45,156 nt of DNA from an uncultured Clostridia bacterium (GTDB taxonomy: Bacteria; Bacillota; Clostridia; TANB77; CAG-508), in the NCBI GenBank assembly GCA_944390515.1, contig CALXQG010000002.1, forward strand, positions 1 through 45,156, written 5' to 3'. Below, piece after piece: positions 28,694-37,658 of the stretch. A model generated the notes under the pieces. It had not been told where the DNA came from. It did no database searches and saw only the letters and a program-made list of their open reading frames with translations. Each line of letters begins with the position of its first letter. Within the stretch, counting starts at the first letter, position 1. The translations under genes and the position numbers were made by a program.

Positions 28694-28722
28694 ATTTTAC
28701 ATTTAATAGCCTTACTTTTCAA
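28694..28722 (-). promoter_or_regulatory. second upstream sigma-A-type promoter P2 of the same operon
   Basis: The minus strand reads TTGAAA (28722-28717), 17 nt, then TAAAAT (28699-28694). It shares the 13-nt block AAAGCATTGAAAA with P1. Confidence 0.4.
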
Positions 28723-28831
28723 TGCTTTATTACCTCTATACTACATATTTAAAATTCGTTTTATTATGCGGAAATAACACTTACACCAAAATATTAAATT
28801 TATATTACATTTTCTTGACATTTTTGTTACA

Positions 28832-29380
28832 TTAATAAATTAATCCTAAAAATTCTTCTTCTGTTAATTCTGCTTCTGTTTTTCTTTGAATCTCATTTCC
28901 ACTTTCATCAATTATAATTGTAGTAGGAAAAGAATTTACGTTAAAGCTTGAAAATAGTGTTTTTCCAGTGTCAAATAAAACTGGAAATTCATATTTGTTT
29001 TCAGTTAAAAATTGCTTTATCTCTTCTATTGTTTTATCACCTTCATAATTATTTTGGTTCGTTTTTAGTTTAGTTACAGTTAATAAAATTACATCTCTTT
29101 GGTTCTGCCCTAAGGTTTTATAAACATTATTTAAAATAATTAATTCGTCTCTACATGGTGGATACCAAATTTGCCAAAATAGTAAAACGATTTTTTTACC
29201 TTTATATTGTTCTATAGCTTGTATATCTAAGAATTGTTCATTTAATATGTTTTGATTTGGTTCGTTGGTATCTAACATACTTATCTTTGTACTTTCACTA
29301 CCTTCAATATTTTTTATCAAAATCACTATTACTAAAACTAGAAGTATAAAGCTTACTAATATAATAAATTTCTTTTTCAC
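28832..29380 (-). CDS. membrane-anchored TlpA/ResA-like thioredoxin-fold protein with a YPPC motif instead of CPPC
   Basis: 182 aa. GTG start with SD AAGGAGG and an N-terminal TM segment. KKIVLLFWQIWYPPCRDEL aligns to the TlpA/ResA FWASWCPPCRAE active-site region. FPTTIIID near the C-terminus corresponds to the cis-Pro loop. Confidence 0.75.
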   Translation of the reverse strand: MKKKFIILVSFILLVLVIVILIKNIEGSESTKISMLDTNEPNQNILNEQFLDIQAIEQYKGKKIVLLFWQIWYPPCRDELIILNNVYKTLGQNQRDVILLTVTKLKTNQNNYEGDKTIEEIKQFLTENKYEFPVLFDTGKTLFSSFNVNSFPTTIIIDESGNEIQRKTEAELTEEEFLGLIY

Positions 29381-29563
29381 TTGTTTCCTCCTTTGATATA
29401 TGGTATCAATTTTCTTATTTTGTAACCTCTCTGTTCTTCATAAATTTAATTTATATTATATTTTATTTTATTTTCTCATCATGTCAAGTAATTAGTAACC
29501 TTTTTTTCAATTTTGAATATTATAATATAGTTTTATAACATATATTGTATTGAGGTGATATTT

Positions 29564-29725
29564 TTGAATAATAAAAATTCTAATATGAATATGGGTGAGC
29601 TTATGGCAATGCTCTCTAAAATGGATAAAAAAGAATTAGAACAGGGATTAAATAAAGTAAGTCAAATGTTAAAATCTAAGGATGCTAATTCAATAATAAA
29701 TGAAATTAAAAACAATAATAAGTAG
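29564..29725 (+). CDS. small hypothetical protein (53 aa), absent from the ORF track
   Basis: TTG start 6 nt after SD GAGGTGA. Translation is MNNKNSNMNMGELMAMLSKMDKKELEQGLNKVSQMLKSKDANSIINEIKNNNK. 162 nt in frame, ending at TAG 29723-29725. Confidence 0.45.
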   Translation: MNNKNSNMNMGELMAMLSKMDKKELEQGLNKVSQMLKSKDANSIINEIKNNNK

Positions 29726-29760
29726 ATTTTTTTAATTACAATTTTAGTGAGGAGGTTTAT

Positions 29761-30129
29761 ATGAATAATACTGATATGAATAATATTATGAATCAAATAA
29801 ATAGTATGATGCAAAATAATGAAATTCCAGATGATTTAAAAAATATTATTAATAATTTTAAAAACTCCTCCAATTCTTCTAATAGTAATAAAGAGAATAC
29901 TTCAAATGACTCAGAAATTGATATTGAAACTATTTTAAAAATCAAGAAAGTAATGGAATCCATGAACTCTAGTAAAGATGACCCAAGGTCAAATCTATTA
30001 GTTTCTCTAAAACCATATCTTAAGGAAAGTAGGCAGAAGAAGGTAGATCAATATATTAAATTGTTTGGCCTTGGAAAAGCTTTTGAAATCTTTAATTCAT
30101 TAGGTGGTGATAAGAAAAATGATGTATAG
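29761..30129 (+). CDS. hypothetical protein with an N/S-rich N-terminus and a conserved-looking C-terminal half
   Basis: 122 aa. SD GAGGAGG lies 7 nt before the ATG. The C-terminal DPRSNLLVSLKPYLKESRQKKVDQYIKLFGLGKAFEIF resembles uncharacterised clostridial proteins, from memory only. Confidence 0.65.
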   Translation: MNNTDMNNIMNQINSMMQNNEIPDDLKNIINNFKNSSNSSNSNKENTSNDSEIDIETILKIKKVMESMNSSKDDPRSNLLVSLKPYLKESRQKKVDQYIKLFGLGKAFEIFNSLGGDKKNDV

Positions 30130-30442
30130 CTCTCCATATTATCCACATTTTTTCTATAAACCTAGATATAGTTATCCACATTTTGATTCAAAAATGTGCT
30201 TAACTAACCAGAATAAGCCACTTAACAAGTATAAAGCGGATAATCAAATATCTAATAAAAATAGTAAAACAAAAAAAGAAGAAAAGTCCACCAATAGTTT
30301 TGAAAATGAAATCATAGAAATTTTCGGAATAAAATTATATTATGATGACATTTTATTGATTTGCTTAATCTTCTTTTTATACAACGAAGGTGTAAAAGAT
30401 GAGTTTCTTTTTATTGTACTAATTCTTTTGCTATTATCATAA
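30119..30442 (+). CDS. hypothetical Tyr/Pro-rich protein with a C-terminal hydrophobic segment
   Basis: MMYSSPYYPHFFYKPRYSYPHF...DDILLICLIFFLYNEGVKDEFLFIVLILLLLS. I place the start at ATG 30119, overlapping the preceding stop (ATGATGTATAG). Confidence 0.55.
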   Translation: MMYSSPYYPHFFYKPRYSYPHFDSKMCLTNQNKPLNKYKADNQISNKNSKTKKEEKSTNSFENEIIEIFGIKLYYDDILLICLIFFLYNEGVKDEFLFIVLILLLLS

Positions 30443-30443
30443 A

Positions 30444-31061
30444 TTATTCCAATATTAGTTCATCATTATCATTTATGTATGCAGAAGTTTTAACTTTACG
30501 TATTTCACCTTCGTCTTTTTCTATTTCTTTTACCTTATCAGCAATTCTTACTTGAACTGCATCTATTTCGGCCGCTTCAATTACGGCATCTTTATTTCCT
30601 TTTGCCCCTGCATGGGCAAGCCCTCTTAAGTTTCCAAGAACAACTATATTTTCTCCTGCAATTACTTCTGCCCCTGCATTTACATCCCCTATTATTACTA
30701 AGCTGCCTTCAAATTCCATTCTTTGTCCTGATCTAATAGAACCTTTATGAAATTTTGTTTCAGAAGTTGCAACTTCCTTGTAGAATGTCTTTTTTATTCC
30801 ATGTAATCCTAGAACTTTTGGACTATCAAATTCAATTTGTACATTTATAAATTTCTTTATCAAGTTTTGAATTTCATCCATTTCTTTGTTTTTTAATACT
30901 TTTCCTGTAATTAAAATTGGTGTTTTATCATCTTGATACAAATTTTTTAATTCTATTATCTTCTTTTTTAAATCTGTCATAATCTCCTTCTGTTCTGCAT
31001 TTTCATCAACTTTAATTACAACTTGATTTTTTTTAATACTAATAGTTATATAATTACTCAA
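30444..31061 (-). CDS. minC: septum site-determining protein MinC
   Basis: 205 aa. The C-terminal beta-helix GSIRSGQRMEFEGSLVIIGDVNAGAEVIAGENIVVLGNLRGLAHAG is typical of MinC. TTG start with SD GGAGGG. Confidence 0.88.
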   Translation of the reverse strand: MSNYITISIKKNQVVIKVDENAEQKEIMTDLKKKIIELKNLYQDDKTPILITGKVLKNKEMDEIQNLIKKFINVQIEFDSPKVLGLHGIKKTFYKEVATSETKFHKGSIRSGQRMEFEGSLVIIGDVNAGAEVIAGENIVVLGNLRGLAHAGAKGNKDAVIEAAEIDAVQVRIADKVKEIEKDEGEIRKVKTSAYINDNDELILE

Positions 31062-31139
31062 CTTTATCCCTCCAACAATTTAAGACTCACTATATATTAT
31101 ATGTTTTATTTAAGTTTTTTGCAGATTTATGATATCTAA

Positions 31140-33224
31140 TTATCTAATACTTTCAACACTTGATTGTGCAGTCTTATCTTCTGTGACTTTTTCAGAGTTC
31201 ATTCCAAAGTATTCTTTCATAATTTTTTTAGCTACTTCTGCAGTATACCCTCCTGAACCTGCTTTTTCTACCATAACCACTATTGCTATTTCTGGATCAT
31301 CATATGGGGCAAAACATACAAACCAACCATGTGCCTCTTCTTTTCCATCAACAATAACCTGTGCTGAACCTGTTTTTCCTGCAATATCTATATCAAAATC
31401 TGAAAATGTATAATATGCTGTTCCACCTGGCTCACTTGTAACTCCTTTCATACCTTTTTTTATTGCCTCTAAATCTTCTTCATCAATCTTTATGTCCTCT
31501 GTAACCCCATTTTCTGTACCTATTTTTTCTTTAACATAATTATCAATTTCTTGTTTAGATACCTCTGTTCCATCAGGTTTGATTATTGATTTTATAAGTG
31601 TGACATCAATATTTTTTCCTCCATTTGCAATCATACTAATATATCTAGCCATTTGAATCGGAGTAAAATTATTAAAACTTTGTCCTATTGCTGCAGATAA
31701 AGTATCAGATAAATACCAAGTATAGTTCTGACTTTTTGCATATTCAGTGCTTGCCAATGTTCCTTCTTTTTCTCCAGCTAATTCTATTCCTGTTCTTTTT
31801 CCTAATCCATACATTGAAGCATATTTAGCTATTTCATCAATTCCTAGTCTATATCCCATTTCATAAAAGAAATAATTACAAGATTGTTTTATAGCTTCGG
31901 TAACGTTCAAATAGCCATGTCCTGAACCATAACTTCTATAATACCAACAAGCAGGATGATGACCATATGGATATACTCCTGTATCATTTATTTTTGTTGT
32001 AGGAGTAATTTTCCCTTCTGCAAGTGCTGCTGTTGCAACAGCCATTTTAAATATAGAACCTGGAGGTTGCGGACTACTTATTGCTCTATTTAGGTACTTT
32101 CCTGTTTCGTCATCAGCAGAATATTCTTCAGAATATTTAGCTGGATTATAGTCTGGATAACTTGCCATTGCAAGTACTTCTCCTGTTTTCACTCCCATAA
32201 CAACAACAGCTCCTGCTTCTGCATCATGTTTTTGTCCAAATTTTCCTGCTGAAATATCCTTTATATTTTGTTCCAAGGCCTCTTCTGCAACCTTTTGCAA
32301 ATTAGCGTCAATCGTCAATACAATATCTGAACCTGCAATTGCTTCTTCTGAAATATACTCACTTGTAATTGCTCCATCTACAGTCATGTCTACCTGTTTT
32401 ACTCCATCAGTGCCTTTTAGATAATCCTCAAACACATATTGAATACCATCTTTTCCAATTATATCGTCACTTCTATATCTATCTTTTCTTGTTGCATATT
32501 CCTCTTCATTAATTGGTGCAACATATCCCAAAACATGTGATGCTAGATTTCCTGAAGTGTATGAAACAACAGGCTCTGTTATTACATACATACCTGACAG
32601 TTCTGCATTTTGCTCTCTAATTTGAACTGCGGAAGTATCACTAATGTCTTTTGCTATTATAACTGATTTTGTAGTACTATATCCATTTCTAGAAATTTCA
32701 TATCTTACACTCATAACTTTTCTAGCAATTTTGGCATCACTATATGAAATTTCATATTTATCTTTCAAATAATTAAATACTTGCTCTGCATTGTAGTTCT
32801 CATCTATATTATTATTTTTCTTCCATTCTTTTTGTTCTTCTTCTGATTCCATTGTAAATTTATATGGTTCAACTTCTATTGGTAAGTTATCAACAAACTC
32901 ATCTTTGTTTGATTCCAATATCTCTATAAACTTCTTAATTGAAGCATTCAGCCCTTCATCATCAACTTTTGTACTATAAATCTCTACACTATAACCTGCT
33001 TGTGCATTAACTAAATCTACTCCAGTCCTGTCTTTTATAGAACCCCTTGCAGCTCTTATAGTGCTTTCTCTTGTAAGTCTAGAATTTGAAGTTTCCCTAT
33101 ATTCTTCTCCATGTATAATTTGCAAATTGAATAATTGTATTAGCAATATAATCCCAATTACATATACTAATGTTGTTAGCAAATTATATCTAAATCTATC
33201 TCCTATTCCTTCATTCTTTCCCAA
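31140..33224 (-). CDS. mrdA: penicillin-binding protein 2 (class B transpeptidase, elongation-type)
   Basis: 694 aa with an N-terminal TM segment and PBP dimerisation domain. Motifs SxxK (GSIFK), SxN (SCN) and KTG (KTGSA). It lies directly downstream of mreD. Confidence 0.9.
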   Translation of the reverse strand: MGKNEGIGDRFRYNLLTTLVYVIGIILLIQLFNLQIIHGEEYRETSNSRLTRESTIRAARGSIKDRTGVDLVNAQAGYSVEIYSTKVDDEGLNASIKKFIEILESNKDEFVDNLPIEVEPYKFTMESEEEQKEWKKNNNIDENYNAEQVFNYLKDKYEISYSDAKIARKVMSVRYEISRNGYSTTKSVIIAKDISDTSAVQIREQNAELSGMYVITEPVVSYTSGNLASHVLGYVAPINEEEYATRKDRYRSDDIIGKDGIQYVFEDYLKGTDGVKQVDMTVDGAITSEYISEEAIAGSDIVLTIDANLQKVAEEALEQNIKDISAGKFGQKHDAEAGAVVVMGVKTGEVLAMASYPDYNPAKYSEEYSADDETGKYLNRAISSPQPPGSIFKMAVATAALAEGKITPTTKINDTGVYPYGHHPACWYYRSYGSGHGYLNVTEAIKQSCNYFFYEMGYRLGIDEIAKYASMYGLGKRTGIELAGEKEGTLASTEYAKSQNYTWYLSDTLSAAIGQSFNNFTPIQMARYISMIANGGKNIDVTLIKSIIKPDGTEVSKQEIDNYVKEKIGTENGVTEDIKIDEEDLEAIKKGMKGVTSEPGGTAYYTFSDFDIDIAGKTGSAQVIVDGKEEAHGWFVCFAPYDDPEIAIVVMVEKAGSGGYTAEVAKKIMKEYFGMNSEKVTEDKTAQSSVESIR

Positions 33225-33254
33225 TCTAATTACACCTACCTTGAAATGGATAGT

Positions 33255-33797
33255 TTAAAAATATCTTGTTAGTATTTTCTTGGCTTTAAAAGTTTCTTCT
33301 AATAAATGTCCCAAATTTTGCATCAGTGGATATATTATTATTGTTATAATTAAATTATAAATTGTCTCTAATATTAAAATCTTTATAAAGGATATTATTT
33401 CTAAATTCACATCTAGGGTAACAACATTAAATAAATAACATCCCAGTTCATAAATAACAGTACAAGTTGCCATCATTAGCATTATTGTAAATCTACTTTC
33501 TTTTGAAAAGTTTTTATCTAATATTTCTCCTATTAGTCCTATTAACCCTAGCATAATACCACTAATTCCGATTTGTCTTCCTATTACTAAATCTATGTAA
33601 AATCCAAATATAACTCCTAGGATAATTCCTATTTTCTTTCCTGCAAATAAACCTATAAATAATATATATATAACAAAAATATTAGGTTGTATGCCTGCTA
33701 TAGTAAACCAGGTGAAAAAATTTGATTGTATAAAATATATTATAAAAAAAGATAATACTAGTAACAAAATAGCTACTACTTTTCTCAATTTTTTCAC
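33255..33797 (-). CDS. mreD: rod shape-determining protein MreD
   Basis: 180-aa polytopic membrane protein located between mreC and PBP2. The start (GTG 33797 or TTG 33788) is uncertain. Confidence 0.8.
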   Translation of the reverse strand: MKKLRKVVAILLLVLSFFIIYFIQSNFFTWFTIAGIQPNIFVIYILFIGLFAGKKIGIILGVIFGFYIDLVIGRQIGISGIMLGLIGLIGEILDKNFSKESRFTIMLMMATCTVIYELGCYLFNVVTLDVNLEIISFIKILILETIYNLIITIIIYPLMQNLGHLLEETFKAKKILTRYF

Positions 33798-33813
33798 CTT
33801 CCTTTCTTAGATT

Positions 33814-34638
33814 TTACTTTCCGCTATTAGTTATTACCAAAACTGTATTTAGTTTTGTAAAATCAACCGCTGCCTTTACCATTGCGTATCTATCTGTTGG
33901 ATTATTTGTATTTATTACTTCCTCTATTGTTCCAATATGAATTCCTTTTGGATAAATTCCTCCTATTCCTGATGTCTCTACACTGTCTCCTTGCAAAACT
34001 ACTGCATCAGTAGGAATAAATGTTGCCTTAAGTTTTGTTTTGTCATCAAGAGTTCCCTGAACTACTATTGTGTCTTCTGTTGTACTTATTTTACTCGTAA
34101 CTGCCGATGCTGTATCTACAATGGTTTGGACTTGCGCAGTATTATCTGTTACAGAAATAATATGCCCTACTAACCCGTTATCAGCTATAACTGTCATATT
34201 CTTTTCAATTCCATCTTTTGATCCAACATTAATTACAACTGTACTACTATAATTACTTATATCTCTATTTATTATATCTGCTGGTAACGTAGTATAATCT
34301 TTATATTTATCTTTTAAATTCACATATTCTTTAAGTGTTTCATTTTCTGCTTTTATTATCTCTAACTCCCTTAAAGATTGTTCCAATTCGCTATTTTTCT
34401 TTCTTAACTCATCATTTTCTTGTTTTAAACTATCCATATCTGCAAAAAAGCTATCATTTCCAGATATCTTATTCTTTAGATATGTAATTCCATTTTGTAT
34501 GGGCATAACAAAAACATTGCATATATTTTCAATATATGACATTTGATTTCCGTTTGTATTTGTAAAAATCACGAGTAATATCAAAATTAATATGGTTATA
34601 ACAATTCCTATTATGCCCTTTTTCTTATTCTTGTACAT
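33814..34638 (-). CDS. mreC: rod shape-determining protein MreC
   Basis: 274 aa. TM segment, coiled coil (LKQENDELRKKNSELEQSLRELE), then a beta-barrel region (GLVGHI...GIYPKGIHIGTI). Confidence 0.88.
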   Translation of the reverse strand: MYKNKKKGIIGIVITILILILLVIFTNTNGNQMSYIENICNVFVMPIQNGITYLKNKISGNDSFFADMDSLKQENDELRKKNSELEQSLRELEIIKAENETLKEYVNLKDKYKDYTTLPADIINRDISNYSSTVVINVGSKDGIEKNMTVIADNGLVGHIISVTDNTAQVQTIVDTASAVTSKISTTEDTIVVQGTLDDKTKLKATFIPTDAVVLQGDSVETSGIGGIYPKGIHIGTIEEVINTNNPTDRYAMVKAAVDFTKLNTVLVITNSGK

Positions 34639-34671
34639 ATGTGCACATCATTCCTTTATATAACACTGTTT

Positions 34672-35697
34672 TTATTTTCTTCTTCTAGAGTTAATTAATA
34701 CTGTTTTTAATCTTTCTAAGTCCTCCAATGTTTTCCCTGTTCCTTTAACAACACATTCAAGTGGATCATCAGCTACATAAACTGGCATTTCTGTTCTAGA
34801 ATTAATAAGTTTATCAAGATTTTTTATTAATGCTCCTCCTCCAGATAAAACAATTCCTTTTTCCATAATATCTGATGATAACTCTGGTGGTGTTCTTTCT
34901 AAAGTTTGCTTTACTATTTCAACTATTTTTTGAAGTGATTCATAAATTGCTTCTTGTACCTGAGTTGATGTTATTGTAATAGTTTCAGGAAGTCCTGTTG
35001 TTAAATCTCTACCACTAACTTGCATACTTAGTTCAGTAACTAATGGCATAGCACAACCGATTTCTTTTTTTATTTGTTCTGCTGTAGTATCACCTATTGC
35101 AAGATTCATTTCTCTTTTTATATAATTCATTATTTCTTCATCTAATTCATCTCCTGCAACCCTAATAGAATTGCTTACAACAATACCGCCAAGCGAGATT
35201 ACTGCAACTTCTGTTGTTCCTCCTCCAATATCTACAATAATATTTCCACTTGGTTCTGCTATATCTAAACTTGCACCTATTGCTGCTGCCATAGGTTCTT
35301 CAATTAAATACACTTCTTTTGCTCCTGCTTGCAAGATAGCTTCTTCAACAGCTCTTTCTTCTACTTCCGTAATACCTGAAGGCACACCAACAACTACTCT
35401 TGGTCTACCTACATTGTATCTTTTTCCAATTTTATATATTATATTTTTTAACATTAATTGCGTTGCTGTAAAGTCTGCTATAACTCCATCTTTCATTGGT
35501 CTTACAGCCTTTATTTGTTCAGGTGTTCTACCTAACATTTCTTTTGCTTCATGTCCTGTTGCAAGAATTCTTTGACTTTTCCTATCTATTGCAACAACAG
35601 AGGGTTCATTTAATACAATTCCTCTCCCTTTTAATGTAACTAATATATTGGCAGTTCCTAAATCTATGCCTATGTCTTTTGAACCTAATCCAAACAT
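34672..35697 (-). CDS. mreB: rod shape-determining actin-like protein MreB
   Basis: 341 aa. IGIDLGTANILV, RPMKDGVIADF, DIGGGTTEVAVISLGG and LSGGGALIKNLD. Confidence 0.95.
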   Translation of the reverse strand: MFGLGSKDIGIDLGTANILVTLKGRGIVLNEPSVVAIDRKSQRILATGHEAKEMLGRTPEQIKAVRPMKDGVIADFTATQLMLKNIIYKIGKRYNVGRPRVVVGVPSGITEVEERAVEEAILQAGAKEVYLIEEPMAAAIGASLDIAEPSGNIIVDIGGGTTEVAVISLGGIVVSNSIRVAGDELDEEIMNYIKREMNLAIGDTTAEQIKKEIGCAMPLVTELSMQVSGRDLTTGLPETITITSTQVQEAIYESLQKIVEIVKQTLERTPPELSSDIMEKGIVLSGGGALIKNLDKLINSRTEMPVYVADDPLECVVKGTGKTLEDLERLKTVLINSRRRK

Positions 35698-35724
35698 TTC
35701 TTACCTCCACTTAAATTTAAAACT

Positions 35725-36420
35725 CTATATATTTTGTTTACTTTTTATATAAAATATACTATTAAATCCATAATCTCCTATCACTATATGGTCTAATAGC
35801 TCTACTCCCATAATTTCAGAAGCATTTTTTAATCTATCAGTAAATTCAAAGTCTGATTTGCTTGGTGTTGGATCTCCACTTGGGTGATTATGTACCAAGA
35901 TTATCTTAGGTGCTCCTATTTTTATTGCTTCTTGTAATACATCCTTAGGTTTTAATATTGCAGAATTTGTTCCTCCAAAACATACATCCACAATTTTTAA
36001 AATAATATTTTTAGAATTAAGTATTATAGCTTTTACAATTTCTCTTTTGTCATATCTCATTTCATCTGTTAGTAAATCAGCTACATCTTCTGGTGAATTA
36101 ATTTGTATTTGATTGGTATTAATAGGTCTTGACATTCTTTTAGTAATCTCGCATAACGCCTTTAACTGTATTGCTTTTACTTTGCCAACACCTTTAATAC
36201 TCATAAATTCCTCAATTGATATATTTTGTAAAAATCTTAAATTGTCTTTTTCACTTTTACCGAGAGATAATATCTTTTGTGCAATTGTTACACTACTTTC
36301 ATCTCTTGTTCCACTTTTTATTATTATTGCAATTAATTCTGCATTTGATAAAGTTTGTTCACCATACATTTCTAATTTTTCATATGGTCTTTCTAGTATA
36401 GGGAGTTCTTTCATTTTCAA
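35725..36420 (-). CDS. radC: RadC-like JAB-domain protein (UPF0758)
   Basis: 231 aa. An N-terminal HhH-like region (ELIAIIIKSGT) and the C-terminal JAMM motif ILVHNHPSGDPTPSKSD. Confidence 0.9.
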   Translation of the reverse strand: MKMKELPILERPYEKLEMYGEQTLSNAELIAIIIKSGTRDESSVTIAQKILSLGKSEKDNLRFLQNISIEEFMSIKGVGKVKAIQLKALCEITKRMSRPINTNQIQINSPEDVADLLTDEMRYDKREIVKAIILNSKNIILKIVDVCFGGTNSAILKPKDVLQEAIKIGAPKIILVHNHPSGDPTPSKSDFEFTDRLKNASEIMGVELLDHIVIGDYGFNSIFYIKSKQNI

Positions 36421-36458
36421 AGCACATCTTTCCTTTCTTTTGCCCCCTATAAATAAAA

Positions 36459-36716
36459 TTAAACTTTCCTATATATAAATATTGCTAAAATCATCCCTAT
36501 TATACTAGCTATATTTAATTTAAACATTAATCCAAGAGTTATTGTTATTACTTGTAAATCAAGAGTTATTGGTTCAGATATGCCAAAATCCTGTCCATAA
36601 GAAAGCCACCATAAAAAATCAACCTTTCCAGCAAGTTGTCCTAGCAACCCTCCTACAACAATTCCACATAATATGAATAAAATTAATATCAATACATTTT
36701 TTTCTCTTGTTGCCAT
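36459..36716 (-). CDS. DUF4321-like small membrane protein
   Basis: 85 aa with two hydrophobic segments and a C-terminal ...ASIIGMILAIFIYRKV. Its position upstream of radC/mreB is typical for DUF4321 in Clostridia, from memory. Confidence 0.7.
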   Translation of the reverse strand: MATREKNVLILILFILCGIVVGGLLGQLAGKVDFLWWLSYGQDFGISEPITLDLQVITITLGLMFKLNIASIIGMILAIFIYRKV

Positions 36717-36995
36717 CTATCCCATTCCTTCCTTTGATTAGTGTAATTATTTTCCAATTCTTATAATACTTACATATTATACCTTGTCTATAAACATTTT
36801 TCAAGATTTATAGGAAAGTTTTTCTATTTATTTTTGTTTGATTTTGTGCTAAAATAAATTTATTAAAAACTCTTTTATTTTATTTGTTTTTATGCTATAG
36901 TTATAGTTACCTTTTTGTTAAGGATAAAATATAATATATTGATAATATATAATGTAAAAACATATTTATATGTGTTACTAGATTGTGAGGATTTA

Positions 36996-37637
36996 ATGAA
37001 ATTTGAAAAGCTTAATGAGAACAAAATTAAAATAACAGTATCTATTCAGGACTTAAAAGAAAAAGATATTAGTTTACATGACTTTATGTCTAACTCAATA
37101 GAAACGCAAGACTTATTTTTTGATTTGCTTGAAGAAGCTGATGAAAAAGTAGGTTTTAAAGTAAATGATTGTAAGGTTAAGGTGGAAGCTTTTGCAATGA
37201 CAGAAGAAGATTTTATATTAACAATTACTAAAACTTCTTCAAATTCAAAAAATCCACCTAGAAAAAAACTTAAAGTTAGGAAAAAGACTAATTCAGTAAA
37301 ATCAAATGAGTACATAATTTACAAATTTAATACATTTGATGACTTTTGTAACTTTTCAGAATTTTTAATTAAAAATAATTTGAAAGATTCCTATAAGGTG
37401 GCTGAAACCGCACAATTATTCTTATATAAGAATTTCTACTACTTAGTTTTCCACAATGTAAATGAGAATTACAAAAAATTATCCACATTTTATACATTGG
37501 TTACAGAATTTGGATCATATGTACTAAATCCTGATTTATTTGTATATAAACTAAATGAGTCTGGAAGTATCTTTGTAAAAAATAATGCTTTAAAAAAATC
37601 TTTTACTTATTTTATAAAAATCAAGAACCTTCTATAA
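36996..37637 (+). CDS. mecA: adaptor protein MecA
   Basis: MKFEKLNENKIKITVSIQDLKEKDISLHDFM...DLFFDLLEEADEKVGF is a MecA N-domain. ATG 36996 has SD GTGAGGA. The ORF-track extension from 36915 has no support. Confidence 0.85.
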   Translation: MKFEKLNENKIKITVSIQDLKEKDISLHDFMSNSIETQDLFFDLLEEADEKVGFKVNDCKVKVEAFAMTEEDFILTITKTSSNSKNPPRKKLKVRKKTNSVKSNEYIIYKFNTFDDFCNFSEFLIKNNLKDSYKVAETAQLFLYKNFYYLVFHNVNENYKKLSTFYTLVTEFGSYVLNPDLFVYKLNESGSIFVKNNALKKSFTYFIKIKNLL

Positions 37638-37655
37638 TTAAATGAAGGTTCTTGA
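37621..37655. terminator. bidirectional terminator between mecA and the M23 peptidase gene
   Basis: 12-bp perfect stem TCAAGAACCTTC (37621-37632) / GAAGGTTCTTGA (37644-37655). The left arm and loop overlap the last codons and TAA stop (37635-37637) of mecA. Confidence 0.6.
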
Positions 37656-37658
37656 TTT

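Noticed and set aside
28623-28728. CRISPR-like or tandem repeat array
   Set aside because: There are only two copies of a 13-nt motif, 93 bp apart. Each coincides with a promoter -35 box, and there is no array structure. I saw no CRISPR, rRNA or tRNA features anywhere in the window.
36619-36804. 61-aa minus-strand ORF overlapping the DUF4321 gene start
   Set aside because: It is out of frame with the better-supported 85-aa membrane protein and has no SD.
36915-36995. N-terminal extension of MecA in the ORF track
   Set aside because: MecA homology starts at MKFEKLNE, which has SD GTGAGGA. The upstream codons look like AT-rich intergenic sequence.
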